DNA of 64,000 nt, from NCBI GenBank assembly GCA_963758425.1, contig CAVWVV010000019.1, positions 20,129 through 84,128 on the forward strand, in the 5' to 3' direction. Every line of letters starts with the position of its first letter. The stretch's first letter is position 1. The position numbers and the translations under genes were made by a program. The notes under the pieces were generated by a model. That model saw nothing but the letters and a program-made list of their open reading frames with translations, ran no database searches and was not told the origin of the DNA. This document shows positions 37,006 through 47,112 of this stretch, piece after piece. The stretch is from an uncultured Verrucomicrobiae bacterium (GTDB taxonomy: Bacteria; Verrucomicrobiota; Verrucomicrobiia; Chthoniobacterales; UBA10450).

Positions 37006-37695
37006 TCATAAGACCTGCCACTTCGGTCGACGTGTGCGTGAGTCAATTTGCCAGAGTCGCACTCCACCCAGAAACGCATTCCGGTTATGTCCAAGTTCAA
37101 TTCCTTTCGGGATCTCGCTCAAATCCTTGGCATTTCCACCACCGAGCACGACATAATCGGCAATGAGTGATTTCTTTAATTGTACCAGGGCGTACTGGAC
37201 ATCGCGCTGCCAGGCTTTCTCGCCGAGCCGTGCCTGGCCGGCTTTGCCAACGTAATCCTCAATGATGCTGCCGTTGCGATAGGGTAAGTCACCTAATTCG
37301 AGAGGAAGGACGTAATTGTCCCAAACCAGGGCGGATCCAAGTCCGGTCCCGAGCCCGAGAAAGAGCATCCGGCGGCCACGGTAACTGCCAAGCGCCTGCA
37401 TGGCTGCGTCATTGATGATTCGCACTGGTTTGCCCAGCGCTTTCTGGAAGTCGAACCTCACCCAGCCTTTACCCAGATGCTTCGGTTCGCTCACGATCTT
37501 ACCGTTGCGCACAGGAGAAGGAAACCCGATGGAGATGGCGTCGAATTTCCAATCGGCGACCAGCGGTTTGATTTGCGCTACCATGCCGCGCGGCGTCATC
37601 TTCCATCCCGATTTGAACTTTCTCCGCTCCGCAGGCGAGACCATCAGCTTCACATTTGAGCCGCCGACGTCAACAACCAGGATTCTCTTCTTCAA
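37006..37695 (-). CDS. ROK-family sugar kinase, polyphosphate glucokinase-like
   Basis: ILVVDVGGSNVKL (ATP-binding), INDAAMQALG, GLGTGLGSAL. It overlaps the ppk stop by 4 nt. Confidence 0.6.
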   Translation of the reverse strand: MKKRILVVDVGGSNVKLMVSPAERRKFKSGWKMTPRGMVAQIKPLVADWKFDAISIGFPSPVRNGKIVSEPKHLGKGWVRFDFQKALGKPVRIINDAAMQALGSYRGRRMLFLGLGTGLGSALVWDNYVLPLELGDLPYRNGSIIEDYVGKAGQARLGEKAWQRDVQYALVQLKKSLIADYVVLGGGNAKDLSEIPKGIELGHNRNAFLGGVRLWQIDSRTRRPKWQVL

Positions 37696-40016
37696 GATTT
37701 CTTGGGGGCGGCAGCCGGAGACGATGAACCGGGCTCTGGCATAGCCGGTGGTGACGACTTCTGAGCGCTTTCGGTGTCCGGATTCGTCGCAACTGGGTTG
37801 TCGGGGGCGACCGTGATCGGAGTTAATTTGGCCGCACGCAATTTCTTCTTCGATCCGCTCATTTTTTTCGTGCGCTCGCGAGAGACTTCACGGAAATGCC
37901 ATTGCGCCTGGGCACGCGGCTCTGATCCTTCGGGCTTCAAACGGCGGTACTTTCCATCAGGCTGCAACTCCCGCGCCTTGACACGATCGTGCAAGATGCT
38001 CGGAAGCACTTCATTGATGATCTGATCGCGCAGTCCCGGGTTCTCAACAGGGAATGCCAGTTCGATGCGGCGATAAAAATTACGCGGCATCCAATCCGCG
38101 CTTGAGAGAAAGACCTTGGGCTGGCCGGCATTCTCAAAATAAAAAATTCGGCTGTGTTCCAGAAAACGGCCCACAATGCTGATGACGCGGATATTGTCGC
38201 TTAAGCCGTGCATTTTTGGCCGCAAGCAACAGATGCCCCGGACGATCAAATCAATGGTCACACCCGCGCATGAAGCTTCATACAGTTTCTCGATGATTTC
38301 CTGATCGACCAGCGCGTTCAGTTTGGCAACGATGCGAGCGGGTTTGCCTGTCAGGGCATGATCGCGCTCCCGCTCAATCAATCCGATGAAACGACTGTGC
38401 ATATCAAACGGCGCGACGATTATTTTTTTCAGTCCTGGATAACCGGCCAGGCCGGTGAGGGTATTGAAGACGGTTGCTACTTCCTCCGTCAATTTCGGTT
38501 CGCTCGTCAATAAACTAAAGTCGGTGTAAATGCGCGCGGTGCGCGGATGATAATTGCCCGTGCCGAGGTGCACGTAGCGCCGGAGCTGGTCTGCGTCGCG
38601 GCGAACGATCAGCAGCGCTTTGCAATGTGTTTTGAGGCCGACCACGCCATAGATGACGTGCGCACCAGCTTCCTCCAGACGCCGGGCCCACTGAATGTTG
38701 CTCGCCTCATCAAACCGTGCGCGCAGCTCAACAATGGCCGTAACCTGTTTCCCGGCATTGGCGGCATCGATGAGCGCTTCGACAATAGGCGAATCACCGC
38801 TCGTTCGGTAAAGCGTGATTTTGATTGCCAGCACCTGTGGATCCTGTGCAGCGTCTTCGATCAATTCGACAACCTGATCGAAACTGTCGTAAGGATGATG
38901 GAGGAACACGTCCTGGCGCCGCAAGACCTCGAAAAAATCAACGTGCGGCGGAAGCGCTGGATCGCGCGCCGGCTGAAAGGGCCGGTCCTTTAGCTTGGCA
39001 AACGCATCGTTTGTCACAAGCGGCATGAGATGCGTCATCGAAATCGGGCCGTCTAGTTTGTACGCGTCGACCTCTGTCAGGTCGAAGAACCGGAGCAGCA
39101 ATTCCAAAACATCTTTTGGACAATCCGCTTCCACTTCGAGCCGAACAGCCTTGCCTCGACTTGAGCGCCGCAGCTCCTGCTCGATGCTGCGCAGCAGGTT
39201 TTCCGCTTCCTCGTCGTCGATGTAGAGATCGCTGTTGCGCGTGACTCGAAACGCGTGAACCTCATCCAGGATCAAGCCGGGAAACAATTCACCGATGTGT
39301 TGTTTGATAAGGGAGGCGAGATAAATATACTCCCACGGTTCGTCCGCGCTCTTGCCACGTGGCAGGGCGATCAGACGCGATACCGCCCTGGGCACCTGCA
39401 CGATTGCATGCAGCGATTCGCCACCTCGCTCCAATTTTGCCCGCACCAGCAGGTTATGGCTTCGGTTCAAAAGATGCGGAAAAGGGTGGCTGGCATCCAC
39501 GGCCAGGGGGGTGAGCATTGGAAGGACTTCCTGTTGAAAATAACGATGTGCCCACGCCGCGCGTTTTGCTGACAGTTCCGCCATCTCGCGCACGTAGATT
39601 TCGTTCTTCCCAAGTTCGGGCAACAATTCATTTTTCCACAGCGCGCATTGCGTCGCGACGAGCTCGCGCACGGTTTTCTGGATACGATTAAATGTGTCCG
39701 TCGGACTTAGACCGTCCGGCCCGATGTCGCTCGTTTCGCTTTTGATTTGCTGCTTGATCCCGGCTACCCGAATTTCGAAAAACTCATCCAGGTTAGAGCT
39801 GAAGATCGTGAGGAACTTCACCCGCTCGATGAGTGGCTGCGTTGGGTCCTGAGCTTCCTCGAGAACCCGCCGATTAAACTCAAGCCAGCTTAGTTCGCGG
39901 TTGATAAAGTTTTCGGGATCCGAAAAACGCACTTCTTGAGGACGATCGTTCTGTACCAGCTCGACCGGAGCGGGAGGCTCCTGGGCAACGCTCGTTTTCT
40001 CGGCCGCAGTAGGCAT
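37692..40016 (-). CDS. ppk: polyphosphate kinase 1
   Basis: 774-aa ORF with FINRELSWLEFNRRVLEEA at the N-terminus and two PLD-like HKD regions (GLKTHCKALLIVR, FLEHSRIFYF). Confidence 0.95.
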   Translation of the reverse strand: MPTAAEKTSVAQEPPAPVELVQNDRPQEVRFSDPENFINRELSWLEFNRRVLEEAQDPTQPLIERVKFLTIFSSNLDEFFEIRVAGIKQQIKSETSDIGPDGLSPTDTFNRIQKTVRELVATQCALWKNELLPELGKNEIYVREMAELSAKRAAWAHRYFQQEVLPMLTPLAVDASHPFPHLLNRSHNLLVRAKLERGGESLHAIVQVPRAVSRLIALPRGKSADEPWEYIYLASLIKQHIGELFPGLILDEVHAFRVTRNSDLYIDDEEAENLLRSIEQELRRSSRGKAVRLEVEADCPKDVLELLLRFFDLTEVDAYKLDGPISMTHLMPLVTNDAFAKLKDRPFQPARDPALPPHVDFFEVLRRQDVFLHHPYDSFDQVVELIEDAAQDPQVLAIKITLYRTSGDSPIVEALIDAANAGKQVTAIVELRARFDEASNIQWARRLEEAGAHVIYGVVGLKTHCKALLIVRRDADQLRRYVHLGTGNYHPRTARIYTDFSLLTSEPKLTEEVATVFNTLTGLAGYPGLKKIIVAPFDMHSRFIGLIERERDHALTGKPARIVAKLNALVDQEIIEKLYEASCAGVTIDLIVRGICCLRPKMHGLSDNIRVISIVGRFLEHSRIFYFENAGQPKVFLSSADWMPRNFYRRIELAFPVENPGLRDQIINEVLPSILHDRVKARELQPDGKYRRLKPEGSEPRAQAQWHFREVSRERTKKMSGSKKKLRAAKLTPITVAPDNPVATNPDTESAQKSSPPAMPEPGSSSPAAAPKKS

Positions 40017-40172
40017 CTTAGGTCGTTGTTAAACGGGTGACCCAAAAGCAGTGCCTGCGTCGCACCAGCCGCAGCGGGCCAAAGGTCCCACGCCACTCTT
40101 GGTTGCCCGTATCATTCAAGCAACCACTGCTTGGAAAATTAGGCAAGACCAGCTGCGTCTGCCGATGGTCCC

Positions 40173-40859
40173 TCACGTCGTGGCAGTGAGGGATGGATGC
40201 CGAATATCCTGGGCAGCCGCGGCGTAAACTGCGTCTTCGGCAATATTGGTAGCGTGGTCGCCCACGCGTTCGAGGCAACGGCCAACAAAAATAAGGTTCA
40301 AATAGCCGCGCAACTCTTTCCGGTCCTGCGCCATGCGCTCGACTAATTTGCGACTGGCTTCATGGTTTAACTCATCCAGTTTTTCGTCGCGCGTAACCAC
40401 CGCGCAGCCAAGATCGACATCCTCGCGCACGAACGCATCGATGCTGTCTTTGAACATCGACATGGCATGCTCGTACATCGGCCTCATCAGTTCGATTTCC
40501 TCCAGGGGCGGATGCCGATTCAGCTTCCGCGCGCGCCGCGCAATCGTGGTTGCTTGATCGGCCATACGTTCCAGATTTGTTGAAAGTTTCATTGCGGCAA
40601 CGACACGGCGCAGATCCGACGCGACCGGTTGAAAGCGCAACAGAATATCGACGCCGTCCTTATCGATCTGCATCTCGAGTTGATCGATCTCTTCATCATC
40701 GGCGATTGTGGTTGCGCAAAGATCGTCATCGCGATCGAACAAGCCTTTCATTGCTCGCTCAAGGCTGCGCTCAGTCAACCCAGCCATCATGAGCACGTTG
40801 TTGCGTAGTGATGCCAGCGATTCATCAAATGTTCCGAGAATATGTTTTGGCGCAATCAT
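40173..40859 (-). CDS. phoU: phosphate signalling complex protein PhoU
   Basis: 228-aa ORF with two PhoU repeats (ERMADQATTIA, ERVGDHATNIAE). Directly downstream of pstB. Confidence 0.9.
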   Translation of the reverse strand: MIAPKHILGTFDESLASLRNNVLMMAGLTERSLERAMKGLFDRDDDLCATTIADDEEIDQLEMQIDKDGVDILLRFQPVASDLRRVVAAMKLSTNLERMADQATTIARRARKLNRHPPLEEIELMRPMYEHAMSMFKDSIDAFVREDVDLGCAVVTRDEKLDELNHEASRKLVERMAQDRKELRGYLNLIFVGRCLERVGDHATNIAEDAVYAAAAQDIRHPSLTATT

Positions 40860-40946
40860 CGCTTATCAATCTTTAATCGTATTCTATTGGTATGTTGCTC
40901 CTGCTCCTATTACGGCGAGCCTGGTAGTTCGCACTCTCCCCACGAC

Positions 40947-41795
40947 CTATCCAAATCGGCCCGTAATATAATCCTCTGTCTGTTTCTCAGTCGGATTTGT
41001 GAAAATCTTCGTCGTCGGTCCAAACTCGATCAACCTGCCGAGGTACATGAAGGCGGTGAAATCCGAAATGCGGCCGGCTTGCTGCATGTTATGCGTCACG
41101 GTCACAATCGTGTATTTCGCTTTTAGTTCGTGGATCAGTTCCTCGATTTTCGCCGTGGCGATCGGATCGAGCGCCGAACAAGGCTCATCCATCAAGATCA
41201 CTTCCGGCTCCACGGCGAGCGAGCGCGCGATGCAGAGCCGCTGCTGCTGGCCACCCGAGAGACTGGTGCCTGGCTTGTGCAAATCGTCCTTAACTTCGTC
41301 CCAAAGAGCAGCCATGCGTAGCGATTTTTCCAGCCGTTCATTAAGAAATTTGTGATTGCGCACTCCATTCAATCGCAAGCCGACGATGACATTTTCGCCA
41401 ATCGTCATCGTCGGAAACGGATTCGATTTCTGGAAGATCATGCCAACTCGGCGTCGAACAATTGCGGGATCAACGGTTTTGGAATAAAGATCCTCGCCAT
41501 GAAGAAGGACCGTTCCGTCCATCCGCGTCTTTGGCACCAGTTCGTGCATCCGATTGAGGGCCCGGAGAAACGTTGATTTTCCGCAACCGCTAGGCCCAAT
41601 GATCGCTGTCACGGCGTTGGAAGCGATGTCGAGGCTCACATTCTCAATGGCCCGCTTTTCCCCGTACCAGATCGAGACATTCTTTGCCTCAAAAGTTAAC
41701 TTTGGTGCAGGCTCCGCGCTGACCGGCGGCTGGGCAGGCCGCTCGACGCGCTCCGTAACCGTTTGTTCGGGTGTTGGCATAATGACGTTAACCAT
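40947..41795 (-). CDS. pstB: phosphate ABC transporter ATP-binding protein
   Basis: Walker [13 protein letters not shown] signature LSGGQQQRL, Walker B ILMDEP. PstB-type C-terminus [10 protein letters not shown]. Confidence 0.95.
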   Translation of the reverse strand: MVNVIMPTPEQTVTERVERPAQPPVSAEPAPKLTFEAKNVSIWYGEKRAIENVSLDIASNAVTAIIGPSGCGKSTFLRALNRMHELVPKTRMDGTVLLHGEDLYSKTVDPAIVRRRVGMIFQKSNPFPTMTIGENVIVGLRLNGVRNHKFLNERLEKSLRMAALWDEVKDDLHKPGTSLSGGQQQRLCIARSLAVEPEVILMDEPCSALDPIATAKIEELIHELKAKYTIVTVTHNMQQAGRISDFTAFMYLGRLIEFGPTTKIFTNPTEKQTEDYITGRFG

Positions 41796-41804
41796 TTTAG
41801 GACG

Positions 41805-42665
41805 CTAAACGACTGACGCGCCGCGTCCGCGAGTCAGGATTCTTACAAGCACATTAACGCAGAAAATTCCGGTGACGAGCACAAGCGCGCCGGCCCAAGC
41901 CTGCCGATGCCAGTCGTCATAGGGAGAAATTGCGTAGGTGAAAATTTGCAATGGGAGCGCAGAAATGGGCTGGCTGAGGCTGTGATTCCAAAAGCGATTG
42001 CCGAAAGCAGTGAAAAGAAGCGGAGCTGTTTCGCCGCCCACGCGAGCGAGGGCGAGCAAAATCCCGGTGATGATCCCCTTGGACGCGGTCTTCATCACGA
42101 TATGGACAATTGTTTTCCACCGGCTAACACCCAGGGCAAGCGCGGCTTCGCGATAACCATTCGGTACCAACAGAACAACCTCTTCTGTTGTGCGCAGGAT
42201 CAGTGGAATCATGATCAGGCCCAACGCGAGGCCGCCTGCGTACGCCGAAAAGCCTTTAAACCGCAAAACGACCAGCCCGTAAACGACCACACCCCAGGTG
42301 ATCGACGGAACGCCGTTGAGCACATCAGCCAAGAAACGGAGAATAGAGTTGAGCCGAGCCGAGCCGTATTCCGCCAGATAAACTCCGCCCAAAACGCCAA
42401 TCGGTATTCCAATGACACCAGCAAGAGCGAGTAATTCAAGTGAGCCGACAATCGCATTCACCATGCCGCCCCCAACGGCTCCTACCGGCGCCGGTAATTT
42501 TGTGAAAAAGTCCCAGTTCACGGAACTGGCGCCATTGATGACAAGATGAAAGAAGACCAACCCCAAAGGCGTCACCACAAGCACCGCAGAAACAAAGGCA
42601 ATCCCGCATGCCAGCGTGCTTTTGATTTTGCGCCAGGTGTGATTGTGTGCTCGTTCCAAATGCAT
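41805..42665 (-). CDS. pstA: phosphate ABC transporter permease PstA
   Basis: Polytopic permease with an EAA-type loop (YREAALALGVSRWKT). Occupies the third position in the pstSCAB order. Confidence 0.9.
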   Translation of the reverse strand: MHLERAHNHTWRKIKSTLACGIAFVSAVLVVTPLGLVFFHLVINGASSVNWDFFTKLPAPVGAVGGGMVNAIVGSLELLALAGVIGIPIGVLGGVYLAEYGSARLNSILRFLADVLNGVPSITWGVVVYGLVVLRFKGFSAYAGGLALGLIMIPLILRTTEEVVLLVPNGYREAALALGVSRWKTIVHIVMKTASKGIITGILLALARVGGETAPLLFTAFGNRFWNHSLSQPISALPLQIFTYAISPYDDWHRQAWAGALVLVTGIFCVNVLVRILTRGRGASVV

Positions 42666-42667
42666 GG

Positions 42668-43672
42668 CTATTGCACCGCACGGGTTGCTGACGTTGTTGA
42701 AATGGTCCGCAGGAGCAGTTGCGCGAGAAGGTTCACCAGGATGGTTATCCCAAAAAGGACCAGCCCAATTTCGAACAATGCCTGCAGATAAATATCAGTT
42801 GTCGCTTCGGTGAATTCATTGGCAAGGACGCTCGCCAGGGTGTATCCGGGCTGGAAGAGCGACGCGACGATCTGCGGGGTGTTGCCTATCACCATCGTTA
42901 CGGCCATCGTTTCGCCCAGGGCCCGTCCCAACCCAAGAATCACTGCGCCGAACAACCCTTTCTTCGCATAACTCAGCACCGCAATCCGCGTTGCCTCCCA
43001 GCGAGTCGCGCCAAGACCGTAGGCCGCTTCCCGCTGCAAATCCGGAACACTGCGCAAAATCTCGCGCGAGACCGAAACGATGATCGGCAAAATCATAACC
43101 GCGATAATGATTCCGCCGGCGAGCATGCACGGACCGTAAATCGATCCACTGAACAAGGGTGTCCAACCGAAGAACCGCTTGAGCCATGCGAAGGGATAAT
43201 CGCGTAGCCACGGAATCATTACAAAAATGCCCCAGAGCCCAAGGATGACACTGGGAATTGCAGCCAACATCTCGATCAACGAAACCAGGGGCTGCCGAAT
43301 CCAAAGGGGAGCAAGCTCGGTCAGATACGCTGCCGTTGCAATGCCCAACGGGACCGCAATCAACAGCGCAATTAGAGAAGAAACGAGTGTCCCATATATA
43401 AATGGGAGAGCGCCAAATTGGTTCGCGACTGGGTCCCAGGTGGATGTGACAAGGAAATGGAATCCAAATTTTTTGATGGCTCCCACCGACCCGATCCACA
43501 GCTCCCACCCGGTCAGAATCACCAGCACAACCACCGTCAGCGCCATGGCGCATGTGAGCCACTCAAACGCTTTGTCGCCGAAGCGCGAGGGCCGCGCCAT
43601 CACCTGGCGCGCTGATACGGGCTCACCGGGCGCCCCGACAGTTTTCGAGGCTGGAGCTGTAGCAACCTCCAT
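42668..43672 (-). CDS. pstC: phosphate ABC transporter permease PstC
   Basis: Polytopic permease with an EAA-type loop (QREAAYGLGATRWE). Occupies the second position in the pstSCAB order. Confidence 0.9.
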   Translation of the reverse strand: MEVATAPASKTVGAPGEPVSARQVMARPSRFGDKAFEWLTCAMALTVVVLVILTGWELWIGSVGAIKKFGFHFLVTSTWDPVANQFGALPFIYGTLVSSLIALLIAVPLGIATAAYLTELAPLWIRQPLVSLIEMLAAIPSVILGLWGIFVMIPWLRDYPFAWLKRFFGWTPLFSGSIYGPCMLAGGIIIAVMILPIIVSVSREILRSVPDLQREAAYGLGATRWEATRIAVLSYAKKGLFGAVILGLGRALGETMAVTMVIGNTPQIVASLFQPGYTLASVLANEFTEATTDIYLQALFEIGLVLFGITILVNLLAQLLLRTISTTSATRAVQ

Positions 43673-43683
43673 GCTTCCTCACA

Positions 43684-44703
43684 TCACATTTTGATTTCGT
43701 TGATCCGCTTCAAAACACGCTCTTGCACGGTGTCTGGCAAAGGAGCGTAATCGAGGTCTTTGGCCATCTGTTCACCGTCTTTTGCAGCCCATTTTAGAAA
43801 CTCCACGAGCTTTTTCCCCTTCGCAGGATCTTTCTGCTGCTCATAAACGAGCAACCATGTCGCACCGCAAATCGGATAGGCATCTTTTCCCGGCGCGTTT
43901 GTCATTGAGAACCGGAAGTCGTCCGGGATCTCGGCAGTCGCGAGCGCCGCGGTCACCGATCCGATTGTAGGCTCCACAAATTCGCCTGCTGCGTTCTTGA
44001 CCTGAGCGTCCGGCATTTTGTTTTGGATCGCGTAAATCAATTCGACGTAACCGATAGCGCCTGGCGTCTGTTTGATTTGTCCCGATACGCCTTCGTTGCC
44101 TTTGCCGCCGATGCCAGTCGGCCAATTAACAGATGTGTTATTGCCGGCTTTCTGCTTCCATTCGCTGCTCACTTTGCTGAGGTAATCGGTAAAAATAAAT
44201 GTGGTTCCACTGCCATCGGATCGGTGTACCACCACGATATCTTGATCGGGCAATTTAGCGCCCGGATTCAACGCTGTCAGCTTTGGATCGTTCCACTTTT
44301 TGATCTGACCGAGATACATTCCCGCGATTGTGTCCCCATCGAGTTTCAGTTTCGGACTTCCAGGCAAATTGTAGGTCAATACCACCGCTCCGGCGACCGT
44401 CGGAATGTGGAGAATCTTCCCCGGCGCTTTGCCAAGGTTGTCGTCGCTCATTGGGCCATCGGAGGCGCCGAAATCGACCGTCTGCGCGAGGATCTGTTTT
44501 TGGCCTCCGCCCGATCCGATGGATTGATAATTAAACCGGACCGAGGGATCGACTTTCACATACTCATCGAACCATTTTGAATAGATGGGATAGGGGAAAG
44601 TCGCCCCAGCACCGTTAATCATCATCTGAGCCGATGCCGTCGCGCTGACGCCGGCCAATAGCACTATTGCCAGGAGTTTGTGGGTAAAATTGCGGGATTT
44701 CAT
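43684..44703 (-). CDS. pstS: phosphate ABC transporter substrate-binding protein
   Basis: Trimmed to MKSRNFTHKLLAIVLLAGVSATASA (signal peptide). Motifs: GAGATFPYPIYSKW, SIGSGGG, RSDGSGTT. Confidence 0.9.
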   Translation of the reverse strand: MKSRNFTHKLLAIVLLAGVSATASAQMMINGAGATFPYPIYSKWFDEYVKVDPSVRFNYQSIGSGGGQKQILAQTVDFGASDGPMSDDNLGKAPGKILHIPTVAGAVVLTYNLPGSPKLKLDGDTIAGMYLGQIKKWNDPKLTALNPGAKLPDQDIVVVHRSDGSGTTFIFTDYLSKVSSEWKQKAGNNTSVNWPTGIGGKGNEGVSGQIKQTPGAIGYVELIYAIQNKMPDAQVKNAAGEFVEPTIGSVTAALATAEIPDDFRFSMTNAPGKDAYPICGATWLLVYEQQKDPAKGKKLVEFLKWAAKDGEQMAKDLDYAPLPDTVQERVLKRINEIKM

Positions 44704-44745
44704 AGAACATTCAGCCTGCCGTAGCGCGCGCCGAAGCGTCAAAAA

Positions 44746-44770
44746 GTTTAATGTGACTTTTGTGTGACAG
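44746..44770 (-). promoter_or_regulatory. candidate Pho box upstream of pstS
   Basis: The minus strand reads CTGTCACACAAAAGTCACATTAAAC. This gives two 7-nt direct repeats (CTGTCAC / AGTCACA) at 11-nt periodicity, about 43 nt upstream of the pstS ATG. Confidence 0.5.
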
Positions 44771-44881
44771 GAGGCTTCGCGTTCGTTCAATCGTTGACGG
44801 TTGATCTGTTAAAACGGATGCGTGTTCTCGGCCTCGTGCTTTAGAGCCCGCACAGCTTCAACACTGCAACGCTTTAACGTT

Positions 44882-46159
44882 TCAACCCGCCGAACGCAGC
44901 GGCAGCACTACACGGATCGTCGTTCCACGCCCCGGCTCGCTCTCAGCCTCGACGCGTCCACCGTGCAATTGGGCGATATGTTTCACAATCGCCAATCCTA
45001 AACCGGTGCCCCCCAGTTCGCGGCTGCGAGCTTTATCAGCGCGATAAAAGCGCTCGAAAATTCGCGGCAAATGCTCTTTGCCGATCCCAAGTCCGTTATC
45101 AGCCACGCTCAATACCATTTCAGAATCGCGACGCACTGCATGTAAGTGAATCTGCCCGTTTTCCCGTGAAAATTTCACCGCGTTATCAAGTAGATTGTGA
45201 AGGACTTCCTCCAGGCGCGTTCCGTCGGCATGAAGCGTGAACGCCTCCGGAGTCAAATCGACAATCACTTTCAGATTCTTCGTGGCGAGTTTTTCTTTCC
45301 AATCACGGATGAGGTTATTCAACAACTCATCCACCCGCACGACGCTGGGCTCCAGCGTCGCCTGGGACGACTCCAGTTGCGCAAGGCTTAGCAGGTCATC
45401 AACCAGCCGCCGGAGTCGTTTGGAATGCCGTTCCATAATTGAGAGGATCCGTGTCAATTCCTCTCGTGACGTCTCCGGCTCATCAAGCAACACCTCGATG
45501 TAACCGCGTAAAATCGACAACGGCGTTCGCAGCTCGTGCGAAACATTCGCGACAAACTCCCGCCGGATTTGATCCAGCTGCTTCAACTCGGTGATATCGT
45601 GGAAAAGCACAACCGCGCCGGACATTTCATCGTCAGCCTTCTTGATTGGAACGGCACTGATCTCTATGTGTCGCTCGCCATGGGCGCGCGGATCCGCTAC
45701 GCTCAACTCGCTTCGCATTGCCTCGCCAGTTTTCAGCGTTTCCGCAACCAGTTGATCCAGCGTTGCGTGACGGACGGCCTCGACCAAAGGAATCCCCACT
45801 GCTGGATCGCGCAGATCGAATAGTTTCTGAAAAGTAGGATTCATTAGCGTAATGCGGCTGCGCGCATCGACCACGAGCACGCCATCCTGCATCGCGCCCA
45901 GAATTGTTTGCGTGTCCGATTCGCGCCCCGCGATCTGGCGCTCGAGTTCCTGCTGGCGCGCAAAAATAGTCTCCAGCGCCAGGCCAACGCGATGGGGACC
46001 CGCTCCACCGTTTACCAGAAACGTAGATGGGCTTTCACCCCGGGCTATTTGCGAAACGAGTTGCTCGATTTGCGGCCACGGCGTGGCCCATTTTTGCCAG
46101 AAAAGCAGCGCTGTCACTGCGAACAGAGCGCAGAACACGCCGAGGATTAGCCAAAACAT
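44882..46159 (-). CDS. phoR: phosphate regulon sensor histidine kinase
   Basis: N-terminal TM helix, PAS-like region, H-box FVANVSHELRTPL, and N/G boxes (LHNLLDNAVKF, DNGLGI, GGTGLGLAIV). Adjacent to phoB. Confidence 0.85.
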   Translation of the reverse strand: MFWLILGVFCALFAVTALLFWQKWATPWPQIEQLVSQIARGESPSTFLVNGGAGPHRVGLALETIFARQQELERQIAGRESDTQTILGAMQDGVLVVDARSRITLMNPTFQKLFDLRDPAVGIPLVEAVRHATLDQLVAETLKTGEAMRSELSVADPRAHGERHIEISAVPIKKADDEMSGAVVLFHDITELKQLDQIRREFVANVSHELRTPLSILRGYIEVLLDEPETSREELTRILSIMERHSKRLRRLVDDLLSLAQLESSQATLEPSVVRVDELLNNLIRDWKEKLATKNLKVIVDLTPEAFTLHADGTRLEEVLHNLLDNAVKFSRENGQIHLHAVRRDSEMVLSVADNGLGIGKEHLPRIFERFYRADKARSRELGGTGLGLAIVKHIAQLHGGRVEAESEPGRGTTIRVVLPLRSAG

Positions 46160-46166
46160 CTTGGCC

Positions 46167-46859
46167 TTACTTTTCTTTCAGTCGATAGCCGAAACCGCGC
46201 ACACTTTCAATCACATCGGCAGCTCTGCCAAGTTTCTTGCGCAACCTCCGCACGTGTGTGTCCACTGTGCGCGTGTCAATGACACTTTCGTAACCCCATA
46301 CATCGTTGAGCAAGCGGTCACGCGCCTGGACACGACCGCGTCGCTGCATCAGCGTGCGCAAAAGTTTAAATTCAAGGCTGGTAAGATTGATCCGCTTGCC
46401 GTTGACAGAGACTTCATAACGCGCCGGATCAACCGTGATGGGGCCGGCAGTCAAGCGTTCATCGTCTTGTTTCGTCTCGCCGCGGCGCATGATCGCTCGA
46501 ATGCGTAACACGACTTCCCGCGGACTGAACGGTTTTGTCACGTAATCGTCTGCGCCAAATTCCAAACCGACTATCCGGTCGATTTCTTCAGCTTTCGCCG
46601 TGAGCATCATAATCGGGACCCGGCGAGTTCCCGGGTCGCTTTTCAGAATTTTGCAAACTTCCAGCCCGGGCATCTTCGGCAGCATGAGATCAAGAATAAT
46701 CAAAGATGGCTTTTCCCTGCGCGCTTTCTCCAGCCCAGCAGCGCCATCGGGCGCGGTGGAGGTCGCGAAACCTGCCTTGCGCAAATTGAGTGCGAGAAGA
46801 TCGACCACATCACGTTCGTCCTCGATAATCAGGACTGTGTTTCCGGACGCGGGTTCCAT
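46167..46859 (-). CDS. phoB: phosphate regulon response regulator (OmpR/PhoB family)
   Basis: Receiver domain (LIILDLMLP, phospho-acceptor Asp) plus a winged-helix domain (LTSLEFKLLRTL...RTVDTHVRRLRKKL). Confidence 0.9.
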   Translation of the reverse strand: MEPASGNTVLIIEDERDVVDLLALNLRKAGFATSTAPDGAAGLEKARREKPSLIILDLMLPKMPGLEVCKILKSDPGTRRVPIMMLTAKAEEIDRIVGLEFGADDYVTKPFSPREVVLRIRAIMRRGETKQDDERLTAGPITVDPARYEVSVNGKRINLTSLEFKLLRTLMQRRGRVQARDRLLNDVWGYESVIDTRTVDTHVRRLRKKLGRAADVIESVRGFGYRLKEK

Positions 46860-47112
46860 GGCAGTTCGCCTTTATCGCCGAAACTGTTCCGGTTCGCCAG
46901 CGAACTTTTCGCCGAATCAATTGTTTAAGTCGAGTAACTGATCCCAAAACGGCATTCGATATATTTCCTTCAAGCTTTTCTGCTGGAGAAAGGATGCCCT
47001 TGTGCTTAAGTCAAGGCCACTGGGTTCCGTTGAGAACTACATAGCCTGATAGATGATCGATGAGCTTCCAAAGTAACGCCGCATTCGCTCCTTTTTAGAA
47101 TTCTTTTGAGTT

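Noticed and set aside
42816-43562. 248-aa minus-strand ORF inside pstC
   Set aside because: It is an alternative frame of a well-conserved permease gene, with an Arg/Gly/Asp-rich composition and no motif.
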